DNA of 64,000 nt from Eledone cirrhosa (GCA_964016885.1 OZ024741.1:46252001-46316000), one strand, 5' to 3'; positions 10,426 through 26,300 are shown, counted from the stretch's first letter. Notes: generated by a model not told the origin, from the letters alone. Made by a program: numbers and translations.

Positions 10426-13405
10426 ATGACCTCACTCAGAATTGGCAGCATAAATGCGCGTGGCTTGGGGTCGTCATGGAAGCAGGGCCACCTGCTCAAC
10501 GACCTCAGGTCACTAAACATAGAGGTAGTGGCTATCAGCGAGACCAGAATCTCCGAAGCACGGGCCTTCGCACCGATCTTCGGCGGCTACGATGTGTATG
10601 CATCTCCCAGCCGTCCGAGATCGGGGGGAGGAGTTGCTGTGCTTTTTCGGAGAGGTTTGGATCTCGCCATACGGGCCATCTTCCTGGACCCAGAAGGTAA
10701 GTTGGTGGTGCTAGACGTGACCAGCGGAGACGGGCAAGTTTTAAGGCTAGTGGCCGTCTAAGCCCCGACAGGAGAAGGGCGGCCTGATTTCTTCCGGCAT
10801 CTGGAGACCTTTCTTGGAACGTCCCGCTCTTTAGTGTTAGTGGGCGACTGGAACGGGATATTAGATGCACGCTGGGACTGTGTGTGATCAGCGGATATGG
10901 GAGGAGGGTGCAAAAGCCTCACCAACCTGCTCAGGCGTTTTGAACTGTCTGACAGGTACCGATTGGATTTCCCGAATGTGCCAATGTGAACTTGGACAAA
11001 TCGCATAGGGTCATCCAGATCATATCTAGATAGACTATTTTGTAGGGAAATAGATAGGTCTAGCATAGGCTGTCCACAATTCAAGATAGTCAGCTACACG
11101 GACCACAAATTCGTGATCTGTGTGCTTGACTTAGATAGGCTTCATAGACGAGGACCCGGCTACTGGAAGCTAAACGCGTCCTTACCAGCGGGCAAGGCCT
11201 ACAGAGACCGATTAGCGAACTAGTTAAGCGGGCGTTGACGGGGGCCATCGTCAACAACAAGTGGTGGTTTGCTCTGAAAAGAACAATTAGAATAGAATCC
11301 ATTAGGTTTAGTAAGGCTTTAGCAATAGACAAAAATAGAGCAGAAGGAGAATTAGTTAGAAAATTAGATGAGGCGCTTAGCAAAGGCATCGCGACCGACG
11401 TACTTGCGGCGAAATAGGCCCTTGACCAATTCTTCAATGCAAAGCACGAAGGCTGCGTTGTCAGAGCTAGGGTGCGTGCTCTCAGACACGAGGGGACGAA
11501 AGCCGTTCAATGGGCCCGAGTGGCGGAGGCGCGTCGTGGCAACAAAGCCACGATCCGGTCTTTGGTGGACCACGACGGGCGCATGCTACTCGATCCCGGG
11601 CAAATGTGTGAAGCTTCTCAGCGACACTTCGCACAGCTGTTCGGGGGCGGCGGCGGGCTGGATCGAGGGATCCATTCACGACAACCTCCACCTCATGCGA
11701 TACATCGTAGAGAGGGTAGCTATGTAACCTGGCACGGGTGGGTCCTTGATCAATTTAGATCAGTCGAAAGCTTTCGATAGGTTCGACCATCGTTACCTAG
11801 CGGCAGTCCTGAGGATGGCTGGCTTTGGGTCCCTCTTCAGAGGCTGGATCGCTGCCATGAACAGCGACATCTGCTCTGTGGTGAGAGTGAACGGTCACGT
11901 TTCGGAACCGTTCAACATCATGCGCTCGGTCCGCCAAGGATGTCCCCTGTACGTATTGACTCTCGAGCCATTACTGCACAAACTAGAGACGTTGAGGGGG
12001 TCCCGCGCGAACTAGGATGCGGAAGATCCGTGTCAGCATATGCGGACGATGTCACCGTAGTGGTGTCGAACGCCAAACACATCGAGTCGATCGGCACTAC
12101 ACTAACAGAATACGAAGCGGTGACAGGAGCAATGATCAACCAGGAAAAGTCAGTGGGCCTGCAGCTCGGCACCTGGAGAGGCAGGTCCATGCCGTCCGAC
12201 AGCGTCGTCGGGCACTGGACGGACGGACCAGTTAAATTGCTCGGGGTCTGGTTCGGTCCGGACCTCCAGACGGACAAAAACTGGGACGAGGTGACGAGCA
12301 GGGTGGTTTCTCTCACCCCGAAATGGGCGTAGAGGAAGCTATCCCTGAAAGGTCGAGCGGAGGTGGCTAACGCGTACATCGCGTCTGTCATCTACTACCG
12401 CCTGACCGTCGTACCTTGTCCTAAGCCCCGCCTGACTGCGCTGGAGCGTTTGCTCTTTCGCTTTTTGTGGAAGGGACGCGCTCCGATGGTCAGGTGGTCC
12501 ATCTGCTGTCAACACCCGCTACGTGGAGGGCTGGGCAAGCCGTGGCTGATGATGCGCAGACACGCGCTCAGGCTACGACATCTCCACCTCTTCCTCGACG
12601 GTGATCAGGTGTGGTCACCGTTTGCTAGACACGTCTTTCCCCAGCTCGTCTCCTTGACGGAGCTGCAGTCCTGGGTGAAGCGAAGACCGAGAGGGAGCGC
12701 TTGGAGACTGGAATGTCTTCAGGCGCTCACAGCCCTCGACCAATCGGGCAATGTGATCGGTGGAAACTCCACCTTGGCGTTCTATAGAGGATTAGTGGAG
12801 GGAAAGAGCGACGACGTACTTGGAGAAACTCTAGGCGTCAACGAAAATCAACTAGCCAATCTCTTCGGAAGGACTTTCGGGCCGGGGCCTATGGACAACT
12901 TCCAGAAATCCCTGACCTGGCAGTGCTACCGAGGAGCTTTGCCAGTTTGGGATAAACTCTACAGGCATGGAGGTGCCGTCAGTCGGGCATGTCCGAGATG
13001 CGACAGGGCGACGAAACCGTTCTGCACGCACTCGTCCAGTGTTCGAGCATTACTGACTTGTGTGTTTATGTCGAACACCTGCTGTCACGTGTAGGACGGA
13101 TCCAGCTATCAGTTGAGTCCATCGTGAGGATTGCCCCGCCCTCTTCCTTTAGCCGGGAAGGGCAGGCAGTTTTTATCTGCCTGGTGGCCATGGCGAAAGA
13201 GATAGTATGGTGGACACGTTTGAAAGGGCTGAAGACGAGCACTTACCTCTTCGGTGATGCCCTGATTAACTTTTTCAAATTTCATTTGAAAAGGAAAATC
13301 AGGGTAGAGAGGTAAGTGCTCTCTTCCCAGCATTTTGTTGAAAGATGGGTGAGAGAAGCAAGTATGGCCCGAGTGAATGGGCCTACTCTGAGTATGTGTC
13401 TGTAA
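10426..13405 (+). pseudogene. LINE ORF2 (AP endonuclease-reverse transcriptase) with multiple stops, frameshifts and an internal deletion
   Basis: MTSLRIGSINARGL, AISETR, GGGVA, LVGDWN, YLDR, TDHK (APE); LDQSKAFDR, VRQGCPL, YADD at 12039-12050, KLLGVWF (RT); CPRC..ETVLHALVQC. Confidence 0.93.
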
Positions 13406-13727
13406 ATTAAAGGTGGAAAACTGGGAGAGGGCACTTGCCCTGGTGGTCAGGGTCACCGTGGCCTTTTACTGGGCTTTCTCCACAAATTTCCCTCGGAAGT
13501 CTCCCCCCCTATTGGGGAATTTTTCATTGTTATTTTTATTACATCCTCTGTTTTTTTACACGCAGAAATGCCCATTTGTACCGTCCTGTATTGTCCTGTA
13601 CTGTCCTTAATGTCTACTTTATGTAAACCCTTGTGGTTAATAAAGAAAGCATTATTATTATTATTATTTTTATTATATACACGTGTGTGTGTGTGTGTGT
13701 GTATTTTTGTTATTGTAATTGTTATTA

Positions 13728-14095
13728 TTGGATTGGCAATATCGGTAGAGCATCGAACAGCATGCTCTGTGGTGTAGAGTTACGAGCCCTTACATTCTGA
13801 GTTCAAATCCCACCGAAGTTAGCTTTGCCTCTGATCTTTACGTGGTCAATAAATAAAGTAACACTAACACACTGCGGTTGATATAATCTACCTTCCCATC
13901 CCGCCAAAATTGTTGGCTGTCTGTCTAAATCAGAAACCATTATTATTATATGAACTCAGAACGTAAAGGACATATCGTTACCTCTCTTGACGTCCGAGTT
14001 CAAATCCCGCCGAAGTTAGCTTTGCCTTTCATCCTTACGATGTAGATAAAATAAAATACCAGTCACGCACTGGAATCGATTTAATCGACGTTCTC
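13728..14095 (+). mobile_element. Two diverged SINE copies (13728-13945, 13990-14095)
   Basis: ggattggcaatatcggtagag...ctgagttcaaatcccaccgaagttagctttgcc; second core gagttcaaatcccgccgaagttagctttgcctttcatccttacg. Confidence 0.85.
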
Positions 14096-14194
14096 CTCCA
14101 TTATTCACGCATTTCAGATCATACGCTCCTCAACTGGCTGTGCACAACGCTGTAGATTACAAAATACAAACTCCCGATCCGTACGTATCATCGG

Positions 14195-14317
14195 GCGCCT
14201 GTAAAGACACAGACACACACACATTAGATGGCTAGATGTCATAAGAAATATCTCCAGAACTCGACGTCCCCTTGGGGGATGCAGAGAGGCTCGCACATGA
14301 CTGTCAGCAATGGAGGG
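14195..14317 (+). mobile_element. RTE LINE 3'-end remnant, left part (continues at 26608-26680)
   Basis: Translates (with a frameshift) IRWLDVI..LDVPLGDAERLAHDCQQWRALVDMV, matching the RTE C-terminal pattern RW.D..DL..LA.DR..WR.LV. Confidence 0.65.
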
Positions 14318-17300
14318 CACTGGTGGACATGGTGGACATGATGGACATGGTGGACATCGTGGACATGATGGACATGGTGGACACTGGTGGACATGGTGGA
14401 CACTGGTGGACATAGTGGACATGGTGGACACTGGTGGACACTGGTGGACATGGTTTGACATGATGGACACTGGTGGACATGGTGGACACTGGTGGAGATG
14501 GTGGACATGGTGGACACTGGTAGACATAGTGGACATGATGGACACTGGTGGACATGGTGGACATGGTGGACATGGTGGACATGGTGGGCACTGGTGGAGA
14601 TGGTGGACATGGTGGACACTGGTGGACACTGGTGGACACTGGTGGACATGGTGAACATGGTGGACACTGGTGGACATGATGGACATGGTGGACACTGGTG
14701 GAGATGGTGGACATGGTGGACACTGGTGGACATGGTGGGCATGATGGACACTGGTGGACATGGTGGACATGATGGACACTGGTGGAGATGGTGGCCATGG
14801 TGGACACTGGTGGACATGGTTGACATGGTGGACACTGGTGGACATGGTGAACATGATGGACACTGGTGGACATGGTGGACATGATGAACACTGGTGGACA
14901 TGATGGACATGGTGGACACTGGTGGAGATGGTGGACACTGATGGACACTGGTGGACATGGTGGACACTGATGGACACTGGTGGACATGGTGGACATGGTG
15001 GGCATGGTGGACATGGTGGAGACTGGTGGACATGGTGGACATGATGGACATGGTGGACACTGGTGGACATGGTGGACATGATGGACATGGTGGATACTGG
15101 TGGACATGGTGGACATGGTGGACACTGGTGGAGATGGTGGACATGGTGGACATTGGTGGACATAGTGGACATGGTGGACATGGTGGACATGGTGGACACT
15201 GGTGGACATGATGGACATGGTGGCCACTGGTGGACATGGTGGACACTGGTGGACATGGTAGACGTGGTGGACATGGTGGACATGATGGACATGGTGGACA
15301 TGGTGGACATGGTGGACACTGGTTGACATGAGGGACATGGTGGACACTGGTGGACATGGTGGACATGGTGGACAATAGTGGACATGGTGGACATGATGGA
15401 CATGGTGGACACTGGTGAACATGGTGGACACTGGTGGACATGGTGGACACTGGTGGAGATGGTGGACATGGTGGACACTGGTAGACATAGTGGACATGAT
15501 GGACACTGGTGGACATGGTGGACATGGTGGACATGGTGGACACTGGTGGACACTGGTGGACATGGTGGACACTGGTGGAGATGGTGGACTTGGTGGACAC
15601 TGGTGGACACTGGTGGACATGGTGGACATGGTGGACACTGGTGGACATGATGGACACTGGTGGACATGGTGGACATGGTGGACACTGGTGGACATGGTGG
15701 ACACTGGTGGACATGGTGGACATGGTGGACACTGGTGGACATGGTGGACATGGTGGACACTGGTGGACATGGAGGACATGGTGGACATGGTGGACACTGG
15801 TGGAGATGGTGGACTTGGTGGACACTGGTGGACACTGGTGGACATGGTGGACATGGTGGACACTGGTGGACATGGTGGACACTGGTGGACATGGTGGACA
15901 TGGTGGACACTGGTGGACATGGTGGACATGATGGACACTGATGGACACTGATGGACATGGTGGACATGGTGGACATGGTGGACATGATGGACACTGGTGT
16001 ACATGATGGAAATGGTGGACATGGTGAACATGGTGGACACTGGTGGACATGGAGGACATGGTGGACACTGGTGGACATGGTGGACACTGGTGGACACTGG
16101 TGGATACTAGTGGAGATGGTGGACATGGTGGACACTTATGGACATGGTGGACACTGGTGGAGATGATGGACATGGTGGACACTGGTGGACACTGGTGGAC
16201 ATGGTTTGACATGATGGACATGGTGGACATGGTGGACATGGTGGACATCGTAGACATGATGGACATGGTGGACACTGGTGGACATGGTGGACACTGGTGG
16301 ACATAGTGGACATGGTGGACACTGGTGGTCATGGTGGACATGGTGGACATGGTGGACATGGTGGACAATGGTGGACACTGGTGGACATGGTGGACACTGG
16401 TGGACACTGGTGGATATGATGGACATGGTGGACACTGGTGGAGATGGTGGACATGGTGGACACTTATGGACATGGTGGACACTGGTGGAGATGGTGGAGA
16501 TGGTGAACACTGGTGGATATGCTGGACATGATGGACACTGGTGGAGATGGTGGACATGGTGGACACTGGTGGACATGGTTGACATGGTGGACACTGGTGG
16601 ACATGGTGAACATGATTGACACTGGTGGACATGGTGGACATGATGAACACTGGTGGACATGATGGACATGGTGGACACTGGTGGAGATGGTGGACATGGT
16701 GGACACTGGTGGATATGGTGGACACTGGTGGACATGGTGGACACTGGTGGACATGGTGGACATGGTGGACATGGTGGGCATGATGGACATGGTGGGGACT
16801 GGTGGACATGGTGGACATGATGGACATGGTGGACATTGGCGGACATGGTGGACATGATGGACATGGTGGATACTGGTGGACATGGTGGACATGGTGGACA
16901 CTGGTGGAGATGGTGGAGATGGTGGACATTGGTGGACATGGTGGACATGGTGGACATGGTGGACATGGTGGACACTGGTAAACATGATGGACATGGTGGC
17001 CACTGTTGGACATGGTGGACATGGTGGACAATAGTGGACATGGTAGACGTGGTGGACATGGTGGACATGATGGACTTGGTGGACATGGTGGACATGGTGG
17101 ACATGGTGGACACTGGTTGACATGAGGGACATGGTGGACACTGGTGGACATGGTGGACATGGTGGACAATAGTGGACATGGTGGACATGATGGACATGGT
17201 GGACACTGGTGAACATGGTGGACACTGGTGGACATGGTGGACACTGGTGGAGATGGTGGACATGGTGGACACTGGTAGACATAGTGGACATGATGGACAC

Positions 17301-20300
17301 TGGTGGACATGGTGGACATGGTGGACATGGTGGACACTGGTGGAGATGGTGGACATGGTGGACACTGGTGGACACTGGTGGACACTGGTGGACACTGGTG
17401 GACATGGTGGACATGGTGGACACTGGTGGACATGATGGACATGGTGGACATGGTGGACACTGGTGGACATGGTGGACATGGTGGACACTGGTGGACATGG
17501 TGGACACTGGTGGACATGGTGGACATGGTGGACATGGTGGACATGGTGGACATGGTGGACACTGGTGGACATGGTGGACATGATGGACACTGATGGACAT
17601 GCTGGATATGGTGGACATGTTGGACATGGTGGACATGATGGACACTGGTGTACATGATGGAAATGGTGGACATGGTGAACATGGTGGACACTGGTGGACA
17701 TGGTGGACATGGTGGACACTGGTGGACATGATGGACACTGGTGGACACTTATGGACATGGTGGACACTGGTGGAGATGGTGAAGATGGTGAACACTGGTG
17801 GACATGCTGGACATGATGGACACTGGTGGACATGGTGGACATGATGGACACTGGTGGAGATGGTGGACATGGTGGACACTGGTGGACATGGTTGACATGG
17901 TGGACACTGGTGGACATGGTGAACATGATGGACACTGGTGGACATTGTGGACATGATGAACCCTGGTGGACATGATGGACATGGTGGACACTGGTGGAGA
18001 TGGTGGACATGGTGGACACTGGTGGACATGGTGGACACTGGTGGACAAGGTGGACACTGGTGGACACTGGTGGACATGGTGGACATGGTGGACATGGTGG
18101 ACATGGTGGGCATGGTGGACATGGTGGAGACTGGTGGACATGGTGGACATGATGGACATGGTGGACACTGGTGGACATGGTGGATATGATGGACATGGTA
18201 GATACTGGTGGACATGGTGGACATGGTGGACACTGGTGGACATGGTGGACACTGGTGGACATGGTGGACATGGTGGACATGGTGGACATGGTGGACATGG
18301 TGGACACTGGTGGACATGGTGGACATGATGGACACTGATGGACATGCTGGATATGGTGGACATGTTGGACATGGTGGACATGATGGACACTGGTGTACAT
18401 GATGGAAATGGTGGACATGGTGAACATGGTGGACACTGGTGGACATGGTGGACATGGTGGACACTGGTGGACATGGTGGACACTGGTGGACATGGTGGAC
18501 ATGGTGGACACTGGTGGACATGATGGACACTGGTGGACACTTATGGACATGGTGGACACTGGTGGAGATGGTGAAGATGGTGAACACTGGTGGACATGGT
18601 GGACATGGTGGACATGGTGGACATGGTGGGCATGGTGGACATGGTGGAGACTGGTGGACATGGTGGACATGATGGACATGGTGGACACTGGTGGACATGG
18701 TGGACATGATGGACATGGTAGATACTGGTGGACATGGTGGACATGGTGGACACTGGTGGAGATGGTGGACATGGTGGACATTGGTGGACATAGTGGACAT
18801 GATGGACATGGTGGACATGGTGGCCACTGGTGGACATGGTGGACACTGGTGGACCTGGTAGACGTGGTGGACATGGTGGACATGATGGACATGGTGGACC
18901 TTGTGGACATGAGGGACATGTCCACCATGGTTGACATGAGGGACATGGTGGACACTGGTGGACAATAGTGGACATGGTGGACATGATGGACATGGTGAAC
19001 ACTGGTGAACATGGTGGACACTGGTGGACATGGTGGACACTGGTGGAGATGGTGTACATGGTGGACACTGGTGGACATAGTGGACATGATGGACACTGGT
19101 GGACATGGTGGACACTGGTGGAGATGGTGGACTTGGTGGACACTGGTGGACACTGGTGGACATGGTGGACACTGGTGGACTTGGTGGACAGTGGTGGACA
19201 CTGGTGGACATGGTGGACATGGTGGACACTGGTGGACACTGGTGGACACTGGTGGACATGGTGAACATGGTGGACACTGGTGGACATGATGGACATGGTG
19301 GACACTGGTGGAGATGGTGGAGATGGTGGACACTGGTGGACATGGTGGGCATGATGGACACTGGTGGACATGGTGGACATGATGGACACTGGTGGAGATG
19401 GTGGCCATGGTGGACACTGGTGGACATGGTTGACATGGTGGACACTGGTGGACATGGTGAACATGATGGACACTGGTGGACATGGTGGACATGATGAACA
19501 CTGGTGGACATGATGGACATGGTGGACACTGGTGGAGATGGTGGACACTGGTGGACACGGTGGACACTGATGGACACTGGTGGACATGGTGGACATGGTG
19601 GGCATGGTGGACATGGTGGAGACTGGTGGACATGGTGGACATGATGGACATGGTGGACACTGGTGGACATGGTGGACATGATGGACACTGGTGGAGATGG
19701 TGGACATGGTGGACATTGGTGGACATAGTGGACATGGTGGACATGGTGGACATGGTGGACACTGGTGGACATGATGGACACTGGTGGACATGGTAGACGT
19801 GGTGGACATGGTGGACATGATGGACATGGTGGACATGGTGGACATGGTGGACACTGGTTGACATGAGGGACATGGTGGACATGGTGGCCACTGGTGGACA
19901 TGGTGGACACTGGTGGACCTGGTAGACGTGGTGGACATGGTGGACATGATGGACATGGTGGACATGGTGGACATGGTGGACACTGGTTGACATGAGGGAC
20001 ATGGTGGACATGGTGGCCACTGGTGGACATGGTGGACACTGGTGGACCTGGTAGACGTGGTGGACATGGTGGACATGATGGACATGGTGGACCTTGTGGA
20101 CATGAGGGACATGTCCACCATGGTTGACATGAGGGACATGGTGGACACTGGTGGACAATAGTGGACATGGTGGACATGATGGACATGGTGAACACTGGTG
20201 AACATGGTGGACACTGGTGGACATGGTGGACACTGGTGGAGATGGTGTACATGGTGGACACTGGTAGACATAGTGGACATGATGGACACTGGTGGACATG

Positions 20301-23300
20301 GTGGACACTGGTGGAGATGGTGGACTTGGTGGACACTGGTGGACACTGGTGGACATGGTGGACACTGGTGGAGATGGTGGACTTGGTGGACAGTGGTGGA
20401 CACTGGTGGACATGGTGGACATGGTGGACACTGGTGGACACTGGTGGACACTGGTGGACATGGTGAACATGGTGGACACTGGTGGACATGATGGTCATGG
20501 TGGACACTGGTGGAGATGGTGGACATGGTGGACACTGGTGGACATGGTGGGCATGATGGACACTGGTGGACATGGTGGACATGATGGACACTGGTGGAGA
20601 TGGTGGCCATGGTGGACACTGGTGGACATGGTTGACATGGTGGACACTGGTGGACATGGTGAACATGATGGACACTGGTGGACATGGTGGACATGATGAA
20701 CACTGGTGGACATGATGGACATGGTGGACACTGGTGGAGATGGTGGACACTGGTGGACACGGTGGACACTGATGGACACTGGTGGACATGGTGGACATGG
20801 TGGGCATGGTGGACATGGTGGAGACTGGTGGACATGGTGGACATGATGGACATGGTGGACACTGGTGGACATGGTGGACATGATGGACATGGTGGATACT
20901 GGTGGACATGGTGGACATGGTGGACACTGGTGGAGATGGTGGACATGGTGGACATAGTGGACATGGTGGACATGGTGGACATGGTGGACACTGGTGGACA
21001 TGATGGACATGGTGGCCTCTGGTGGACATGGTGGACACTGGTGGACATGGTAGACGTGGTGGACATGGTGGACATGATGGACATGGTGGACATGGTGGAC
21101 ATGGTGGACACTGGTTGACATGAGGGACATGGTGCACACTGGTGGACATGGTGGACATGGTGGACAATAGTGGACATGGTGGACATGATGGACATGGTGG
21201 ACACTGGTGAACATGGTGGACACTGGTGGACATGGTGGACACTGGTGGAGATGGTGGACATGGTGGACACTGGTAGACATAGTGGACATGATGGACACTG
21301 GTGGACATGGTGGACATGGTGGACACTGGTGGACACTGGTGGACATGGTGGACACTGGTGGAGATGGTGGACTTGGTGGACACTGGTGGACACTGGTGGA
21401 CATGGTGGACATGGTGGACACTGGTGGACATGATGGACACTGGTGGACATGGTGGACATGGTGGACACTGGTGGACATGGTGGACACTGGTGGACATGGT
21501 GGACACTGGTGGACATGGTGGACATGGTGAACACTGGTGGACATGGTGGACATGGTGGACATGGTGGACACTGGTGGAGATGGTGGACTTGGTGGACACT
21601 GGTGGACACTGGTGGACATGGTGGACATGGTGGACACTGGTGGACATGGTGGACACTGGTGGACATGGTGGACATGGTGGACACTGGTGGACATGGTGGA
21701 CATGATGGACACTGATGGACACTGATGGACATGGTGGACATGGTGGACATGGTGGACATGATGGACACTGGTGTACATGATGGAAATGGTGGACATGGTG
21801 AACATGGTGGACACTGGTGGACATGGAGGACATGGTGGACACTGGTGGACATGGTGGACACTGGTGGACACTGGTGGATACTAGTGGAGATGGTGGACAT
21901 GGTGGACACTTATGGACATGGTGGACACTGGTGGAGATGGTGGACATGGTGGACACTGGTGGACACTGGTGGACATGGTTTGACATGATGGACATGGTGG
22001 ACATGGTGGACATGGTGGACATCGTAGACATGATGGACATGGTGGACACTGGTGGACATGGTGGACACTGGTGGACATAGTGGACATGGTGGACACTGGT
22101 GGTCATGGTGGACATGGTGGACATGGTGGACATGGTGGACAATGGTGGACACTGGTGGACATGGTGGACACTGGTGGACACTGGTGGATATGATGGACAT
22201 GGTGGACACTGGTGGAGATGGTGGACATGGTGGACACTTATGGACATGGTGGACACTGGTGGAGATGGTGGAGATGGTGAACACTGGTGGATATGCTGGA
22301 CATGATGGACACTGGTGGAGATGGTGGACATGGTGGACACTGGTGGACATGGTTGACATGATGGACACTGTTGGACATGGTGGACATGATGGACACTGGT
22401 GGAGATGGTGGACATGGTGGACACTGGTGGACATGGTTGACATGGTGGACACTGGTGGACATGGTGAACATGATGGACACTGGTGGACATGGTGGACATG
22501 ATGAACCCTGGTGGACATGATGGACATGGTGGACACTGGTGGAGATGGTGGACATGGTGGACACTGGTGGACATGGTGGACACTGGTGGACAAGGTGGAC
22601 ACTGGTGGACACTGGTGGACATGGTGGACACGGTGGACATGGTGGACATGGTGGGCATGGTGGACATGGTGGAGACTGGTGGACATGGTGGACATGATGG
22701 ACATGGTGGACACTGGTGGACATGGTGGACATGATGGACATGGTAGATACTGGTGGACATGGTGGACATGGTGGACACTGGTGGAGATGGTGGACATGGT
22801 GGACATTGGTGGACATAGTGGACATGATGGACATGGTGGACATGGTGGCCACTGGTGGACATGGTGGACACTGGTGGACCTGGTAGACGTGGTGGACATG
22901 GTGGACATGATGGACATGGTGGACCTTGTGGACATGAGGGACATGTCCACCATGGTTGACATGAGGGACATGGTGGACACTGGTGGACAATAGTGGACAT
23001 GGTGGACATGATGGACATGGTGAACACTGGTGAACATGGTGGACACTGGTGGACATGGTGGACACTGGTGGAGATGGTGTACATGGTGGACACTGGTGGA
23101 CATGGTGGACATGGTGGAGACTGGTGGACATGGTGGACATGGTGGACACTGGTGGACATGGTGGACATGGTGGACACTGGTGGACATGGTGGACACTGGT
23201 GGAGATGGTGGACTTGGTGGACAGTGGTGGACACTGGTGGACATGGTGGACATGGTGGACACTGGTGGACATGATGGACACTGGTGGACATGGTGGACAT

Positions 23301-26300
23301 GGTGGACACTGGTGGACATGGTGGACATGGTGGAGACTGGTGGACATGGTGGACATGGTGGACACTGGTGGACATGGTGGACATGGTGGACACTGGTGGA
23401 CATGGTGGACATGATGGACATGGTGGACACTGGTGGAGATGGTGGACTTGGTGGACACTGGTGGACACTGGTGGACATGGTGGACACTGATGGACATGAT
23501 GGACACTGATGGACATGGTGGACATGGTGGACACTGGTGGACATGGTGGACACTGGTGGACATGGTGGACATGGTGGACACTGGTGGACATGGTGGACAT
23601 GGTGGACACTGGTGGACATGGTGGACATGATGGACACTGATGGACATGGTGGACATGGTGGACATGGTGGACATGATGGACACTGGTGTACATGATGGAA
23701 ATGGTGAACATGGTGAACATGGTGGACACTGGTGGACATGGAGGACATGGTGGACACTGGTGGACATGGTGGACACTGGTGGACACTGCTGGATACTAGT
23801 GGAGATGGTGGACATGGTGGACACTTATGGACATGGTGGACACTGTTGGAGATGGTGGACATGGTGGACACTGGTGGACACTGGTGGACATGGTTTGACA
23901 TGATGGACATGGTGGACATGGTGGACATGGTGGACATCGTAGACATGATGGACATGGTGGACACTGGTGGACATGGTGGACACTGGTGGACATAGTGGAC
24001 ATGGTGGACACTGGTGGTCATGGTGGACATGGTGGACATGGTGGACATGGTGGACAATGGTGGACACTGGTGGACATGGTGGACACTGGTGGACACTGGT
24101 GGATATGATGGACATGGTGGACACTTATGGACATGGTGGACACTGGTGGACATGGTGGACATGGTGGACACTGGTGGACATGGTGGACACTGGTGGACAT
24201 GGTGGACATGGTGGACATGGTGGACATGGTGGACATGGTGGACACTGGTGGACATGGTGGACATGATGGACACTGATGGACATGGTGGACATGGTGGACA
24301 TGGTGGACATGATGGACACTGGTGTACATGATGGAAATGGTGGACATGGTGAACATGGTGGACACTGGTGGACATGGTGGACATGGTGGACACTGGTGGA
24401 CATGGTGGACACTGGTGGACACTGGTGGATACTGGTGGAGATGGTGGACATGGTGGACATGGTGGACACGGTGGACACTGGTGGAGATGATGGACATGGT
24501 GGACACTGGTGGACACTGGTGGATATGGTTTGACATGATGGACATGGTGGACATGGTGGACATGGTGGACATCGTAGACATGATGGACATGGTGGACATG
24601 GTGGACACTGGTGGACATAGTGGACATGGTGGACACTGGTGGTCATGGTGGACATGGTGGACATGGTGGACATGGTGGACAATGGTGGAGATGGTGGACA
24701 TGGTGGACACTAGTGGACATGGTGAACATGATGGACACTGGTGGACATGGTAGACGTGGTGGACATGGTGGACATGATGGACATGGTGGACATGGTGGAC
24801 ATGGTGGACACTGGTTGACATGAGGGACATGGTGGACACTGGTGGACATGGTGGACATGGTGGACATGGTGAACAATAGTGGACATGGTGGACATGATGG
24901 ACATGGTGGACACTGGTGGACATGGTGGGCACTGGTGGACATGATGGACACTGGTGGAGATGGTGGACATGGTGGACACTGGTAGACATAGTGGACATGA
25001 TGGACACTGGTGGACATGGTGGACATGGTGGACATGGTGGACATGGTGGACATGGTGGACACTGGTGGAGATGGTGGACATGGTGGACACTGGTGGACAC
25101 TGGTGGACACTGGTGGACATGGTGAACATGGTGGACGCTGGTGGACATGATGGACATGGTGGACATGGTGGACACTGGTGGACATGGTGGACACTGGTGG
25201 ACATGGTGGACACTGGTGGACATGGTGGACATGGTGGACATGGTGGACATGGTGGACATGATGGACACTGGTGGACATGGTGGACATGGTGGACACTGGT
25301 GGACACGGTGGGCACTGGTGGACACTGGTGGATATGATAGACATGGTGGACACTGGTGGAGATGGTGGACATGGTGGACACTTATGGACATGGTGGACAC
25401 TGGTGGAGATGGTGAAGATGGTGAACACTGGTGGACATGGTGGACATGATGGACACTGGTGGACATGGTGGACATGATGGACACTGGTGGAGATGGTGGA
25501 CATGGTTGACATGGTGGACACTGGTGGACATGGTGGACATGATGGACACTGGTGGACATGGTGGACATGATGAACACTGGTGGACATGATGGACATGGTG
25601 GACACTGGTGGAGATGGTGGACATGGTGGACACTGGTGGACATGGTGGACACTGGTGGACATGGTGGACACTGGTGGACATGGTGGACACTGGTGGACAC
25701 TGGTGGACCTGGTGGACATGGTGGACATTGTGGGCATGGTGGACATGGTGGAGACTGGTGGACATGGTGGACATGATGGACATGGTGGACACTGGTGGAC
25801 ATGGTGGACATGATGGACATGGTGGATACTGGTGGACATGGTGGACATGGTCGACACTGGTGGAGATGGTGGACATGGTGGACATTGGTGGACATAGTGG
25901 ACATGGTGGACATGGTGGACATGGTGGACACTGGTGGACATGATGGACATGGTGGCCACTGGTGTACATGGTGGACACTGGTGGACATGGTAGACGTGGT
26001 GGACATGGTGGACATGATGGACATGGTGGACATGGTGGACATGGTGGACACTGGTTGACATGAGGGACATGGTGGACACTGGTGGACATGGTGGACATGG
26101 TGGACACTGGTGGACATGGTGGACATGATGGACACTGATGGAGATGGTGGACATGGTGGACATGGTGGACACTGGTGGACATGGTGGACATGGTGGACAT
26201 GGTGGACACTGGTGGACATAGTGGACATGATGGACATGGTGGACACTGGTGGACATGGTGGACATGATGGACATGGTGGACACTGGTGGAGATGGTGGAC

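Larger units (their letters stand above)
8406..13668 (+). mobile_element. Near full-length L1/Tx1-clade non-LTR retrotransposon, disrupted
   Basis: 5' UTR, ORF1 with CCHC knuckle, ORF2 with APE endonuclease + RT + C-terminal Cys motif, 3' UTR ending cccttgtggttaataaagaaag then (ATT)n. Also preceded by (ATT)n. Confidence 0.92.
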
